Origin: Akkermansia muciniphila
Lineage (GTDB): Bacteria; Verrucomicrobiota; Verrucomicrobiia; Limisphaerales; UBA11320
Direction of reading: 5' to 3'
NCBI GenBank assembly: GCA_945861575.1
Contig: CAMAVD010000001.1
Location: forward strand, 3,458 to 67,457
DNA: 64,000 nucleotides
In this document: in pieces, positions 21,202-30,923 of the stretch
How positions within the stretch are numbered: the stretch's first letter is position 1
Layout: every line of letters begins with the position of its first letter
Translations under genes and position numbers: made by a program
The notes under the pieces: model-generated
What the model was told of the DNA's origin: nothing
Databases searched by the model: none
Seen by the model: only the letters and a program-made list of their open reading frames with translations

Positions 21202-22047
21202 GTGTCTTTAACAGATCGAGGTTGGTTTTGGGTGGCCGTATTTTTCTACGGGCTGAGCACCTTGTACTCGATCTTTCTGCGCCGGGGTGGCTTCCGTCAG
21301 GACAATCGGACGACCTACGTGCTGCTGTTGGCTGCGGCTGCCTGCCATACCCTGGCCATGATGAAGAGGGGTTTCTCCTTCCAACGCTGCCCCACGAACA
21401 ATCTGTACGAGGCAACGCTCTTCATTGCTTGGAGCATCGTTGCGGCCTACTTGGTTATGGGGGTGTGGTCGCGAGTACGCTTTCTAGGAGCCTTTGCCTC
21501 TCCCTTCCTGTTTGGAATCGGAGTGTTTGCGCTGATGCCGGGGCTCGATCCACCTTACCTTCCTCAGAAACCCAACTTTTCCGGGGGCCTCCACAGCCTC
21601 CATGCGGCCTTGATCCTCCTGTCCACGGGGGCTTTTGGGCTGAGTGCCGTGTCGGCAGTGATGTATCTGACGCAGGAACGCAATCTGAAGCAGCATAAAC
21701 TTAGGGCAGCATTTTCTCGGATCCCTCCCATTCAGCGTCTCGAGCTAATTACGGAGCGTTTGATGTACGGGGGACTGGTGTTGTTGACCGCCGGCCTTGT
21801 TTCCGGGGCGATCTGGTTGAAGGAACGGCAGGGGGTGTTTTTTAAGGCGGATAGCACGATCATCTGGGCATTGCTTGTCTGGTGTATTTATCTCGGTTTG
21901 GTTGTGTTGCACCGTGTTTTCGCTCATCGCGGCAGGCGCTTCGCGCTGGGGGCACTGGGAGGATTCGCTTTCGTCATTCTTACCTTCTGGGGCTTCTATC
22001 TACTCTCTGGCATCCATCAACCCTCTGTGGGTGCCGTTATTCCTTGA
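21202..22047 (+). CDS. cytochrome c assembly (CcsA)-like polytopic membrane protein, HemX-type
   Basis: At least 6 predicted TM helices. The family-like C-terminal half is LHAALILLSTGAFGLSAVSAVMYLTQERNLK...LVLLTAGLVSGAIW. Start placed at GTG 21202, because the track ORF from 20785 has a non-membrane, Arg/Pro-rich extension antisense to the neighbouring gene. It ends 10 nt before hemA. Confidence 0.7.
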   Translation: MSLTDRGWFWVAVFFYGLSTLYSIFLRRGGFRQDNRTTYVLLLAAAACHTLAMMKRGFSFQRCPTNNLYEATLFIAWSIVAAYLVMGVWSRVRFLGAFASPFLFGIGVFALMPGLDPPYLPQKPNFSGGLHSLHAALILLSTGAFGLSAVSAVMYLTQERNLKQHKLRAAFSRIPPIQRLELITERLMYGGLVLLTAGLVSGAIWLKERQGVFFKADSTIIWALLVWCIYLGLVVLHRVFAHRGRRFALGALGGFAFVILTFWGFYLLSGIHQPSVGAVIP

Positions 22048-22057
22048 GGCAAACGCC

Positions 22058-23134
22058 ATGGCTATCTACGTTATCGGCCTCAGCCACCACACGGCCCCGG
22101 TGGCAATTCGTGAGAAGCTGGCTTTTGGAGAATCCGCGATTCCTGAGGTGCTTACCCGCTTGCGCCAGAGCGGCTTGGCCGACGAGGCGGTGATTGTGTC
22201 GACCTGCAATCGGATGGAGATTTACGTCGCGACCGAGCAGGGCCCTAGCGAGACGCTTTCCGGCCTGCGCCGCTTTCTGGCGGAGGAGCGGAACTACTCG
22301 GATTCCCTGGAGAGCGAGCTTTACGCTTGGGGTGATCCCCGAAGTGTGGAGCATTTGTTCAAGGTTGCCTGTGGACTCGATTCCATGGTGCTCGGAGAGA
22401 CTGAGATTCTGGGGCAGCTCAAAAAGGCCTACGATCTTGCCCTCACCCACAAACACACAGGAGGACGACTCAACAAGGCATTCCAGCGCGCCTTCAATGT
22501 GGCGAAGCAGGTGCGTACCGAGACCAATATCCAGAGGGGCAGCATCTCCGTGGCCTCGGTCTCGGTAGAACTTGCGGAGAAGATCTTCTCCGATTTGAGC
22601 CAGCGCCACGTCATGATCATCGGGGCAGGGGATACGAGTGAGAAGGTTGCCCGCGCGCTGCTCTCCCGCGGGGCGCAGAGCGTGATGGTTTCCAATCGTT
22701 CCTATGATCGCGCTGAAGCCCTTGCCCGGGAGTTGGGAGGACGAGCCGTTCATTTTGATCAGTGGGCAGTGGAGTTTCGCAACGTGGATATTGTGATCAG
22801 CAGCACAGCAGCTCCCCACTATGTTCTGGACCGTGCCAAGTTGGAGCCCCTGATGAAGCTGCGCTCGAATCGCCCGCTTTTGCTGGTGGATATCGCCGTT
22901 CCCCGCGATATCGACCCTGCTGTGAACTTCTTGGACGATGTCTACCTTTACAACGTGGATGACCTTCAGACGATTGCGGATGGTTACATGAAGCAGCGGC
23001 AGGAGGAGATTGATGCCTGCATGGCCATTATCCGCGATCGTACGCGGGCCCTGTTAGAAGGAGCGAGTAGGCCGCCAGCACCAGGCCTCCCCCGCCCCTC
23101 TCGCAGTAAGCCAGCCCTAAGCGGCGAGCCGTAG
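22058..23134 (+). CDS. hemA: glutamyl-tRNA reductase
   Basis: Canonical N-terminus MAIYVIGLSHHTAPVAIREKLAF at ATG 22058. Active-site motif STCNRMEIY, NADPH site IIGAGDTSEKVA, and a C-terminal dimerisation helix. Confidence 0.95.
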   Translation: MAIYVIGLSHHTAPVAIREKLAFGESAIPEVLTRLRQSGLADEAVIVSTCNRMEIYVATEQGPSETLSGLRRFLAEERNYSDSLESELYAWGDPRSVEHLFKVACGLDSMVLGETEILGQLKKAYDLALTHKHTGGRLNKAFQRAFNVAKQVRTETNIQRGSISVASVSVELAEKIFSDLSQRHVMIIGAGDTSEKVARALLSRGAQSVMVSNRSYDRAEALARELGGRAVHFDQWAVEFRNVDIVISSTAAPHYVLDRAKLEPLMKLRSNRPLLLVDIAVPRDIDPAVNFLDDVYLYNVDDLQTIADGYMKQRQEEIDACMAIIRDRTRALLEGASRPPAPGLPRPSRSKPALSGEP

Positions 23135-23154
23135 CACCTTCAGATTCAACTTCG

Positions 23155-24144
23155 ATGTCCACCCCACCTATTATCCTAGCCACCCGAGGCAGCGCGCTGG
23201 CCTTGGTTCAGGCTCGTGCCGTCCTGGCTCAGTGCCAAAAGGCTCTCCCTGATCGCTCTTTCGAAATCCGAATCTACAAGACCACCGGAGATAAGCTTCA
23301 GACCGCGTCTCTCTCGGGAGCAAGCCTGCCCAAGGGGCTGTTTACGAAGGAACTGGAGGTAGCGCTGTTGAGTGGGGAGGCGGATCTCGCTGTTCACAGC
23401 TTGAAAGACCTGCCTACTGAGTTGCCGGAAGGGCTCCGCCTTGGGGCGGTAGGACGCCGCGAGGATGCCCGCGATGTACTGGTCACCCGCACGACGGATG
23501 CTGGACCGCATCGCGGTTACGGGCCCGGCCTGAGCCTGGCTTCGCTGCCAGAGGGTGCCACCGTCGCCACGAGCAGCACGCGTCGGGAGGCTCAACTTCG
23601 CGAGAGGCGCCCCGATCTCCGAGTTGTGCCTATTCGTGGAAATGTCGGAACGCGTTTGCGAAAGCTGCTTGAGAACGGAGAACTGGACGCCACCTTACTC
23701 GCGGCCGCCGGCCTGCATCGGCTAGGCTTCGCTGTGGCTGCTGATGGCATGCTGAGCGGCGGGCCTCAGGATTCAGAGCCAGTTCCTTCGGGGCGTTTCA
23801 GACTGTATTACCTGACTCCCAGGGAGATGATCCCCTGTGTGGGGCAGGCGGCGATTGGTATCGAAATCCGCTCTGCGGACCCGAAATTGGAACAGGTCTG
23901 TTCTGCGCTCAATCACCCGCCCACTGAAAGCTGTGTGAAAGCGGAGCGCAGCTTCCTGCGGACGATGGGTGGCGGCTGTCAGGCGGCGGTGGCCGCCTAT
24001 GCAACACTGTCGGATTCGACCCTCAGCCTGGACGCGGTTTCTTACCTGCAAGGCCATCCGCGACGCGCTACTGTCGCGGGAGATGCCTCCGCGGCGGAAG
24101 CACTGGGCGTCACCTTGGCTCGACAGTTGGGAGTTCCTACTTGA
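23155..24144 (+). CDS. hemC: hydroxymethylbilane synthase (porphobilinogen deaminase)
   Basis: ILATRGSALALVQA, HSLKDLPTE, RGNVGTRLRKL, and the cofactor Cys in GGCQAAVAAYA. Confidence 0.95.
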   Translation: MSTPPIILATRGSALALVQARAVLAQCQKALPDRSFEIRIYKTTGDKLQTASLSGASLPKGLFTKELEVALLSGEADLAVHSLKDLPTELPEGLRLGAVGRREDARDVLVTRTTDAGPHRGYGPGLSLASLPEGATVATSSTRREAQLRERRPDLRVVPIRGNVGTRLRKLLENGELDATLLAAAGLHRLGFAVAADGMLSGGPQDSEPVPSGRFRLYYLTPREMIPCVGQAAIGIEIRSADPKLEQVCSALNHPPTESCVKAERSFLRTMGGGCQAAVAAYATLSDSTLSLDAVSYLQGHPRRATVAGDASAAEALGVTLARQLGVPT

Positions 24145-24151
24145 GTCGGAA

Positions 24152-25018
24152 TTAGGGAGGGAAGCCGATGGCAAGCTTCACGGCGGAGTATTCCGGATGG
24201 ATCTGACCTTCTCGAGTGCGGATGGTGAGCGCGGGTTCCGTCCAGGTCTGTCCCCGCATCCATTCTGGAAGATCGCTGGATCGCATCAACCCGAAGAGCC
24301 CGATCAGTGCGGGTTCGCCTTCCCTGAAAATGACCGGACGTCTTCGGACCACAGTCAACCCAGCCGCCGCCGCGCCCGCGAAGACCCGCTTGGCCTGATC
24401 GGCCGCATCTGGAAAGACGAGAGCCATGAAACCGCCGGAGGCGAGATGACGGGCTCCGGTCGCACAGTAGTCCTGAACGTCCCCACGCAGCTCGAAGCGA
24501 CAGGCGACTTTCTGGGGATGCTCGCTGGTGAGTCCGGTGCCTGGCGGAAAATAGGGTGGGCTTCCCAGTATCAGATCAAAGCGTTCCTCCGCTCGAAGTA
24601 CGGCCGGATCCCTCAGATCGCCTTCCCGAATGTCGTAGCGAGCTTCCAAACCGTTGTAGCGAGCGGAGCGTCGAGCTAAGGCGACGCTTTCCGTCTGAGC
24701 TTCTATGGTCACCCAGCGCGAACCTGGAAGCCTCCACGCGGCGATCATTCCAACCGTCCCGATTCCGCTGCCGAGGTCGAGACCGGTGGATGCGCTGGGA
24801 CACCAACTGGTTCCATACCAGGCGGCTAGGATATCGTCCGAGGAGAATCGATGGCCGGATTGGAGTTGGAGGAGTCGGAAGTGCCCGCTGAGCGCGTCGA
24901 GGCTCTCCTCCGCTTCCGCGCAGACACCGCTTTCAGGCCCGGGCGGGATAGGGCCGGGCTTTGCCCATCCTTTGAAGTGGGTGCTGGGCGGAGAGGAGGT
25001 TTCAGAGGATGGCTTCAT
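24152..25018 (-). CDS. class I SAM-dependent methyltransferase with (S/N)PPY motif (TrmN6/YfiC-like)
   Basis: SAM motif I LDLGSGIGTVGMIAA and motif IV ILGSPPYFP. Start set at ATG 25018 (the ORF is open to 25036). It is convergent with hemC. Confidence 0.8.
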   Translation of the reverse strand: MKPSSETSSPPSTHFKGWAKPGPIPPGPESGVCAEAEESLDALSGHFRLLQLQSGHRFSSDDILAAWYGTSWCPSASTGLDLGSGIGTVGMIAAWRLPGSRWVTIEAQTESVALARRSARYNGLEARYDIREGDLRDPAVLRAEERFDLILGSPPYFPPGTGLTSEHPQKVACRFELRGDVQDYCATGARHLASGGFMALVFPDAADQAKRVFAGAAAAGLTVVRRRPVIFREGEPALIGLFGLMRSSDLPEWMRGQTWTEPALTIRTREGQIHPEYSAVKLAIGFPP

Positions 25019-25099
25019 CGTTCCAACCCAGTTCAATCAAGGTTCATGCTGCACGGGCGTCGAGCCCTACCGTGCCTTGCGATTCCACTGAATCACAAC

Positions 25100-25129
25100 A
25101 AAAAACCGGGAACCTGTGACGGTTCCCGG
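25100..25129 (-). terminator. intrinsic terminator downstream of nrdJ
   Basis: 9-bp stem CCGGGAACC (25106-25114) / GGTTCCCGG (25121-25129) with a 6-nt loop. It is preceded on the plus strand by AAAAAA, so a T6 run follows the hairpin on the minus strand. A second hairpin, CCGGGGC-ATT-GCCCCGG, lies at 25146-25162 just after the stop. Confidence 0.7.
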
Positions 25130-25182
25130 TTGTGTTCCTCCCGACCCGGGGCATTGCCCCGGCGGGTGCGAAAACTTTCAGA

Positions 25183-28100
25183 CTAGGAGCAGCCGAGGCT
25201 TTCTCCGCAGTTCATGCATTTGTAGCAGGCGCCGTTTCGGACTGCGATGTGACCGCAGTTCGGGCAGGACGGCGCGTCATGCTGGTTGACGAAGGTGCTG
25301 CTGTAGGTGGTGGCTCCCGTTTTGGTGATGGCTTTGAACGAGACGGAACGTGTGCTGCTGGTGGATGCCAGGGAGATGATCTCGGTTTCATCCGCCAACG
25401 GAAGATCAGATACCGGGCGGTTGACCGCTTTGCGCTCTGCGTCGGCCAAACCTGGGATGTTCAGCTCCGCCTGGAGCTTGGGGGAGGTTTGCTCGCGGTA
25501 GCCGGGCACAAACTGGCAGGCCATCCAGCGGAAGACGTAATCGATGATGCTCGAGGCATTGCGGATGTCCGGATTGCGTGTGAACCCGCTCGGTTCGAAG
25601 CGCTGATGGGCGAACTTCTTGACCAAGGACTCCAACGGGACGCCGTATTGCAGAGCCATGCTGGTCAGGGCTCCAATCGTGTCCATCAGGCCGCCGACGG
25701 TGGATCCTTCCTTGGCCATGGTGACGAAGAGTTCGCCCGGTTGGCCATCGGGGAAGAGGCCGACGGTGAGGTAGCCTTCGTGTCCGGCGATCTCGAACTT
25801 GTGATTCACGGCGCTGCGGGTGTCTGAGAGCCGACGACGGAGGGGTTTTCCGACCTCCTCACGGAGGTGTGCCACCTCGGCCTCGAGATCCTGAACTTCC
25901 TGTTCCAAGCCGTGGGCAGGGGCCGCAGCGGCCACCGCAGCCTTCTTGGTGCCACCCTCATTGGTCTTCTTGGTGTTGAGCGGTTGAGAGCGCTTCGAGC
26001 CGTCGCGGTAGATTGCGACGCACTTGAGCCCCATCCTCCAGGCTTCCACGTAGGCCGAGGTGATGTCTTGAACCGTGGCTTCGTGAGGAAGGTTCACGGT
26101 TTTGGAGATCGCGCCGCTGATGAAGGGCTGGGCAGCTCCCATCATTTTAAGATGGGCTAGGTAGTGGATGCTGCGCTTGCCGCGGTGGGCCTTGAACGCA
26201 CAGTCGAAGACCGACAAGTGGTCTGCCTTGAGCCCGCTGGTGACAATCGCGCCGTCCTCCGCGGTGATGTCCTCAATCGTGTCGTATTTTTCAATGTGCG
26301 CGATGATCGACGCGCATTGGGCCGCTGTGTAACCGAGCCGGTGCAGCGCCTCAGGGACCGTGCGGTTTACGATCTTGAGCATGCCGCCGCCTGCCAGGAG
26401 CTTGTACTTTACCAGGGCGATGTCGGGCTCAACACCCGTGGTGTCGCAGTCCATCAGGAAGGCGATGGTGCCCGTCGGTGCTAGGACGGTGACCTGCGCG
26501 TTGCGGTAGCCGTGCTGCTTGCCGAGTGACAGCGCGCGGTTCCAGCACTCGCGAGCCTCATCCTTCAGATAGTGGAACTCGGAGCTCGGCTGAATGCTTT
26601 CCACGGAAGAGCGGTGGAGCGCGATCACATCAAGCATCTGGTTTACATTGTCGCGGGTGACGGGCTTGTTCACGCCATTGCAACGGGCGTCACTGTAGCC
26701 GCGGAAGGCCCCCATGGTGGACGCGATCTTCGCGGACTGCTCGTAGGCGTGCCCGGTCAGGATGGAGGTGATGGCTCCGGCGAGCGCACGGCCGGAGTCC
26801 GAATCGTAGGCCATGCCATAGCTCATGATGAGCGAGCCGAGGTTGGCGTAGCCCAGGCCGAGCGTGCGGAAGATATGTGAGTTTTCCGCGATGGCCGGCG
26901 TGGGGTAGCTGGCATTGTCGACCGCAATCTCCTGGGCAGTGATGAAGATGCGGACCGCCGCCTTGAAGCGCGCGACATCAAACACGCTGTCCTCACGCTT
27001 GAACTTCATCAAGTTCAGCGAGGCCAGGTTGCAGGCGGTGTTGTTCAGGAAGACGTATTCGCTGCAAGGATTGGTGGAGTGGATGGGCTCCGATCCCTTG
27101 CAGGTGTGCCAGCGCTGGATGGCACCGTCATATTGGAGTCCGGGATCCCCGCAGATCCAGGTGCCTTCTGCGATTTTTCGCAGGAGTGTGGCCGCGTCCT
27201 TCTTCTCAAGAGGCTTGCCGCTGGTGACGCTGCGCGTCCACCATTCGCCGCCTTCGGTGGCCGCCTTCATGAACTCGTCGCTCACCCGGACGGAGAGGTT
27301 CTCGTTCTGATACATCACGCTTCCGTAGGCCTCGCCGTTGAAGGAGCCGTCATAGCCTTGCTCGATGAGTGCCCAGGCCTTTCTCTCCTCCCGCTGTTTG
27401 GCATCGATGAAATCCTCGATGTCGCCATGCCAGTCGCGCAGCGTGTTCATCTTGGCTGCGCGGCGCGTCTTGCCTCCGGACTTCACTACATTCGCCACTT
27501 GGTCGTAGACCTTCAGGAAGGACATCGGGCCGCTGGGGCGACCGCCGCCGCTGAGCTTTTCCTTGCTCGAACGGATCGGCGAGAGGTCCGTTCCGGTGCC
27601 GGAGCCGAACTTGAAGAGCATCGCTTCGCTGTAGGCGAGGCTCATGATGGACTCCATATTGTCGTCCACCGATTGGATGAAGCACGCGCTGCACTGCGGA
27701 TACTCGTATTGTGTGGGCGCACGCTCGGACTTCTTGGTCTTGCGGTCGAAATAGTAGTTGCCCTTGTCGGACCGTTTTCCGATGCCGTACTCGTGGTGAA
27801 GTCCCACATTGAACCAGACGGGAGAATTGAACGCTCCATACTGGTTGACGCAGAGCCAGGCCAATTCCTGGTAGAAGATTTCGCCGTCTGCTTTGCTGAA
27901 GTAGCCATCCGCAATACCCCAGTCTGCGATGGTGCGGCAGACACGGTGAATCAACTGGCGTACCGAAACCTCACGCTCGGGTGTGTTCTGCTCTCCATAG
28001 AAATACTTCGAGACCACCACCTTGGTCGCGAGTTGCGACCAGGACTTGGGAACCTCCACGTTTTCCTGCTTGAAAATCACCTTACTGGCGTCGTCGGTGA

Positions 28101-28284
28101 TCTCGGCGGTGCGTTGATCCCATTCAATCTGGCTGAAAGGGTCGACGTTGGCAGTGCTGAAAACCCGATCAACGCGGAGCGCTTTACGGGTCGACTTTCC
28201 AGAGTTGGAGCGGGCAGAACTCACAGCGCGAGTCTTGCGCCGGGACGGGGCAGAGGCGAGCGCATCTTCACGAGCATCAATCAT
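25183..28284 (-). CDS. nrdJ: adenosylcobalamin-dependent ribonucleotide reductase, class II
   Basis: 1033 aa with the active-site finger-loop motif STNPCSEYVFLNNTACNLASLNL. Overall class II layout, plus a C-terminal zinc-ribbon tail CPNCGHIAVRNGACYKCMNCGESLGC. Confidence 0.95.
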   Translation of the reverse strand: MIDAREDALASAPSRRKTRAVSSARSNSGKSTRKALRVDRVFSTANVDPFSQIEWDQRTAEITDDASKVIFKQENVEVPKSWSQLATKVVVSKYFYGEQNTPEREVSVRQLIHRVCRTIADWGIADGYFSKADGEIFYQELAWLCVNQYGAFNSPVWFNVGLHHEYGIGKRSDKGNYYFDRKTKKSERAPTQYEYPQCSACFIQSVDDNMESIMSLAYSEAMLFKFGSGTGTDLSPIRSSKEKLSGGGRPSGPMSFLKVYDQVANVVKSGGKTRRAAKMNTLRDWHGDIEDFIDAKQREERKAWALIEQGYDGSFNGEAYGSVMYQNENLSVRVSDEFMKAATEGGEWWTRSVTSGKPLEKKDAATLLRKIAEGTWICGDPGLQYDGAIQRWHTCKGSEPIHSTNPCSEYVFLNNTACNLASLNLMKFKREDSVFDVARFKAAVRIFITAQEIAVDNASYPTPAIAENSHIFRTLGLGYANLGSLIMSYGMAYDSDSGRALAGAITSILTGHAYEQSAKIASTMGAFRGYSDARCNGVNKPVTRDNVNQMLDVIALHRSSVESIQPSSEFHYLKDEARECWNRALSLGKQHGYRNAQVTVLAPTGTIAFLMDCDTTGVEPDIALVKYKLLAGGGMLKIVNRTVPEALHRLGYTAAQCASIIAHIEKYDTIEDITAEDGAIVTSGLKADHLSVFDCAFKAHRGKRSIHYLAHLKMMGAAQPFISGAISKTVNLPHEATVQDITSAYVEAWRMGLKCVAIYRDGSKRSQPLNTKKTNEGGTKKAAVAAAAPAHGLEQEVQDLEAEVAHLREEVGKPLRRRLSDTRSAVNHKFEIAGHEGYLTVGLFPDGQPGELFVTMAKEGSTVGGLMDTIGALTSMALQYGVPLESLVKKFAHQRFEPSGFTRNPDIRNASSIIDYVFRWMACQFVPGYREQTSPKLQAELNIPGLADAERKAVNRPVSDLPLADETEIISLASTSSTRSVSFKAITKTGATTYSSTFVNQHDAPSCPNCGHIAVRNGACYKCMNCGESLGCS

Positions 28285-29017
28285 TCGGGGGAGAGTTTAA
28301 GGTGTAAAATCTAAGCGTTCAATTTTGGGCCGAATTCACCGCGATCTAGGCGGATTATCCGATCCAACCAGTACCAAGTTCCAAACAGCCGGCTACAATC
28401 CGTGGAGCCGGGTACTTCAGGGGACATTCGACTGATTCGAAAAAGGGCTTCAAAACAGGTAAAAAATGCCGACCGTTACTGGTAGCTCAAACCGTTGCTT
28501 CAAACAGGACACCGCTATTAGTAGGGTCGGGTGTAGAATGTATGCGCTAGATTTTGTGGGGGGCAAGCGTATTTTTACCAAAAAGTTACCCGAGACTTAT
28601 CCACAGAATGAGGGTGTGAAAAAGGCCAATAATTTGGACGTTTTTGGCCACTTGTTCGCAGGGGTAAGGGTGGGGGTGTGGGGATAACTTTTGGGGTGTC
28701 GAAGCGGGTCCGGTGAAGGGGGAGGCGGTGGAAGTGCTAAAAACGGGTCCTGCGAGGTTTTTTTTATGAAAACGTCTGGGGTGCCTGAGCATGACCGCTT
28801 CCCTTCCCACAGCAGGTCTCTCTGGCTCAAAGTCATGCGCTTCCAGGTCACTCTCTCTCGATGGCGCTGAGCCCTCGTCTCCGTTTCTGAGGGGGCGTGC
28901 TTTTGGCCGTCCTTTTACTGCCACTGAGGGAGAAACGGTTTTTTTGGACGAATGCTTGATGTTCTCAATAGGGCAGGCACACTGTCCGACTTTGGTCGTT
29001 TGACCAGGCACAATTTT

Positions 29018-30853
29018 ATGGAGCACATTCGGAATATTGCGATTATCGCGCACGTTGACCATGGCAAGACGACCTTGGTGGACTGCCTTTTGAAACAGTC
29101 GGGGACTTTCCGTGCCAATCAGGCGGAGAGCCAGGTCGAGCGCTTGATGGACTCGATGGATTTGGAGAGGGAGAAGGGGATTACCATCCGTGCTAAGAAC
29201 GCGGCATTCCGTTTCAAGAACTTCCATATCAATATCGTCGACACTCCGGGTCACGCGGACTTTGGTGGCGAGGTGGAACGGATCATGAACATGATCGACG
29301 GAGTTCTCCTCGTGGTGGATGCCGCCGAAGGCCCACAGGCGCAGACCCGCTTCGTGTTGCGCAAAGCGCTCGAAGCCGGTGCCAAGCCGATCGTGGTCAT
29401 CAACAAAATTGACCGCGAGAACGCCAATCCCAAGAAGGTATTGGATCAGGTTTTTGAGCTATTCATGGGGCTCAACGCCACTGATGAGCAGTTGGACTTT
29501 CCCTTTATCTATGCGAGTGCCAAGGCTGGCTACGCGAAGGAGGATCTCACTCAGAACACGACCACGATGGAGCCCTTGTTTGAGGCTATCGTGAAGCATA
29601 TCCCGCCGCCCCGTGCCGTTGCAGGTGAAGGATTCCAGCTCCTGGTTTCGAACTTGGACTACAGTGATTACCTCGGGCGAATTGCGTTCGGGAAGATCCA
29701 CGCAGGTAAGGTGAAGGTTGGGGATTCGGCCAGTTGCATCCACATCAGCGGGGCTCGTACCAAGGGGAAGGTCACGGCCATCTACCATTTCGAGGGGATG
29801 AAGCGCATCGAGGTTCCCGAGGCCCATGCCGGAGACATTGTTGGCGTGACAGGATTCGAGGATGTTTTCATTGGTGAAACCATTTCCGATTCCGAAACGC
29901 GTCCGCCTCTGGCAAGCAAGCCTATCGATCCTCCGACGATTCAGATGGAGTTTGCCGTCAACGACGGACCTCTGGCTGGCATTGATGGCAAGTTGGTCAC
30001 CGCACGGCATCTTTGGGAGCGATTGGTGAAGGAAATTCGCACGAATGTCGCCTTGCGTATCAAGCAAACCAGCGATCCGAAAGTGTTCGAGGTGGCGGGA
30101 CGTGGAGAGATGCAGATTGCCATTTTGGTCGAGCAGATGCGGCGCGAAGGACACGAGGTGCTCGTCAGCCGACCTGAGGTGCTCTACCGACGAGATGCTG
30201 AAGGGGCCCTGTTGGAGCCGATCGAGAAGCTTTTCATCGAGCTTCCTCAGTTTGCCATGGGGGCTGCTATGGAGAATCTCGCCTTCCGCAAGGCTGAAAT
30301 CACAGCGATGAACCACCATGGTGACGATGTCAGTATCGAGGGGCTTATCCCGACCCGTGGGCTGATCGGTTTCGAAACCGATCTGGTCAACCTCACCCGC
30401 GGCATGGGGGTCATGAGTCATCTGTTCCATGAGTACGGCGCGGATCGCGGAGAGATCGCTGCTCGCAAGAAGGGCTCCCTGGTTTCGATGGAGAATGGTG
30501 AAGCGACCGCCTACGCGCTGAACTTGGTCCAGGAACGCGGCCGCCTGATGGTGGAGCCTGGCGACAAGATTTATGCGGGCATGATCGTGGGTGAGAACGC
30601 TCGCGAGAACGATATCCCAGTGAATCCCTGCAAGACAAAGCACTTGACCAACATGCGTTCCCAGGGCGATGGCAAGGGGATCCAGCTCAATGCCCCGCTT
30701 AAGCTCAGCTTGGAGCGTGCGTTGGAGTACATCGGCGCGGATGAGTATGTCGAAGCCACGCCCTTAAACCTTCGCCTTCGTAAGAAGGTTTTGGACGAGA
30801 ACCAGCGCAAGCGCTCGGTCCAGAACCGGATTGTCAAGATGGTGGAAGAGTAG
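29018..30853 (+). CDS. typA: translational GTPase TypA/BipA
   Basis: Start at ATG 29018 ([21 protein letters not shown]1 motif). Also [19 protein letters not shown], and the EF-G-like domains III/V plus the BipA C-terminal domain. Confidence 0.95.
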   Translation: MEHIRNIAIIAHVDHGKTTLVDCLLKQSGTFRANQAESQVERLMDSMDLEREKGITIRAKNAAFRFKNFHINIVDTPGHADFGGEVERIMNMIDGVLLVVDAAEGPQAQTRFVLRKALEAGAKPIVVINKIDRENANPKKVLDQVFELFMGLNATDEQLDFPFIYASAKAGYAKEDLTQNTTTMEPLFEAIVKHIPPPRAVAGEGFQLLVSNLDYSDYLGRIAFGKIHAGKVKVGDSASCIHISGARTKGKVTAIYHFEGMKRIEVPEAHAGDIVGVTGFEDVFIGETISDSETRPPLASKPIDPPTIQMEFAVNDGPLAGIDGKLVTARHLWERLVKEIRTNVALRIKQTSDPKVFEVAGRGEMQIAILVEQMRREGHEVLVSRPEVLYRRDAEGALLEPIEKLFIELPQFAMGAAMENLAFRKAEITAMNHHGDDVSIEGLIPTRGLIGFETDLVNLTRGMGVMSHLFHEYGADRGEIAARKKGSLVSMENGEATAYALNLVQERGRLMVEPGDKIYAGMIVGENARENDIPVNPCKTKHLTNMRSQGDGKGIQLNAPLKLSLERALEYIGADEYVEATPLNLRLRKKVLDENQRKRSVQNRIVKMVEE

Positions 30854-30882
30854 TCACCCCTCCTTTTAAAAGCTTCGCATCT

Positions 30883-30923
30883 CGCCGTGTGCACCTCGTT
30901 GTGTACGCGGCGTTTGCGTTTTT
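30883..30923 (+). terminator. intrinsic terminator after typA (shared convergent region)
   Basis: 12-bp stem CGCCGTGTGCAC (30883-30894) / GTGTACGCGGCG (30901-30912) including two G-U pairs, followed by TTTGCGTTTTT. It abuts the stop codon of the convergent histidine kinase gene. Confidence 0.65.

Noticed and set aside
27079-28314. 411-aa ORF on the plus strand across the 5' half of nrdJ
   Set aside because: It is antisense to a confidently identified class II RNR and has no motifs. Its apparent extension past the nrdJ start is only stop-codon-free GC-rich sequence.
28509-28559. Candidate NrdR boxes upstream of nrdJ (ACACCGCTATTAGTAG at 28509-28524 and GCGCTAGATTTTGTGG at 28544-28559)
   Set aside because: They match the acaCwAtATaTwgtgt consensus at only about 9-11 of 16 positions each. 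Centre-to-centre spacing is about 35 nt rather than the usual 31-32. Without knowing whether nrdR exists in this genome, the call is not supportable.
28690-28765. SRP (4.5S) RNA-like string GGGTCCGGTGAAGGGGGAGGCGG followed by a T8 run
   Set aside because: The resemblance to the GGUCCGGAAGGAAGCAGCC helix-8 core is superficial. The GGAA tetraloop and the AGCA symmetric-loop residues are missing, and I could not draw a closing helix.
28586-29254. 222-aa minus-strand ORF spanning the typA promoter region and the typA N-terminus, plus the 73-aa plus-strand ORF at 28466-28687
   Set aside because: The first overlaps the conserved G1 region of typA in antisense, and the remainder lies in AT-richer non-coding sequence. 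Neither has motifs or plausible start contexts.
29459-30643. 394-aa ORF antisense to typA
   Set aside because: It is a shadow ORF within a highly conserved GTPase gene and has no family resemblance.
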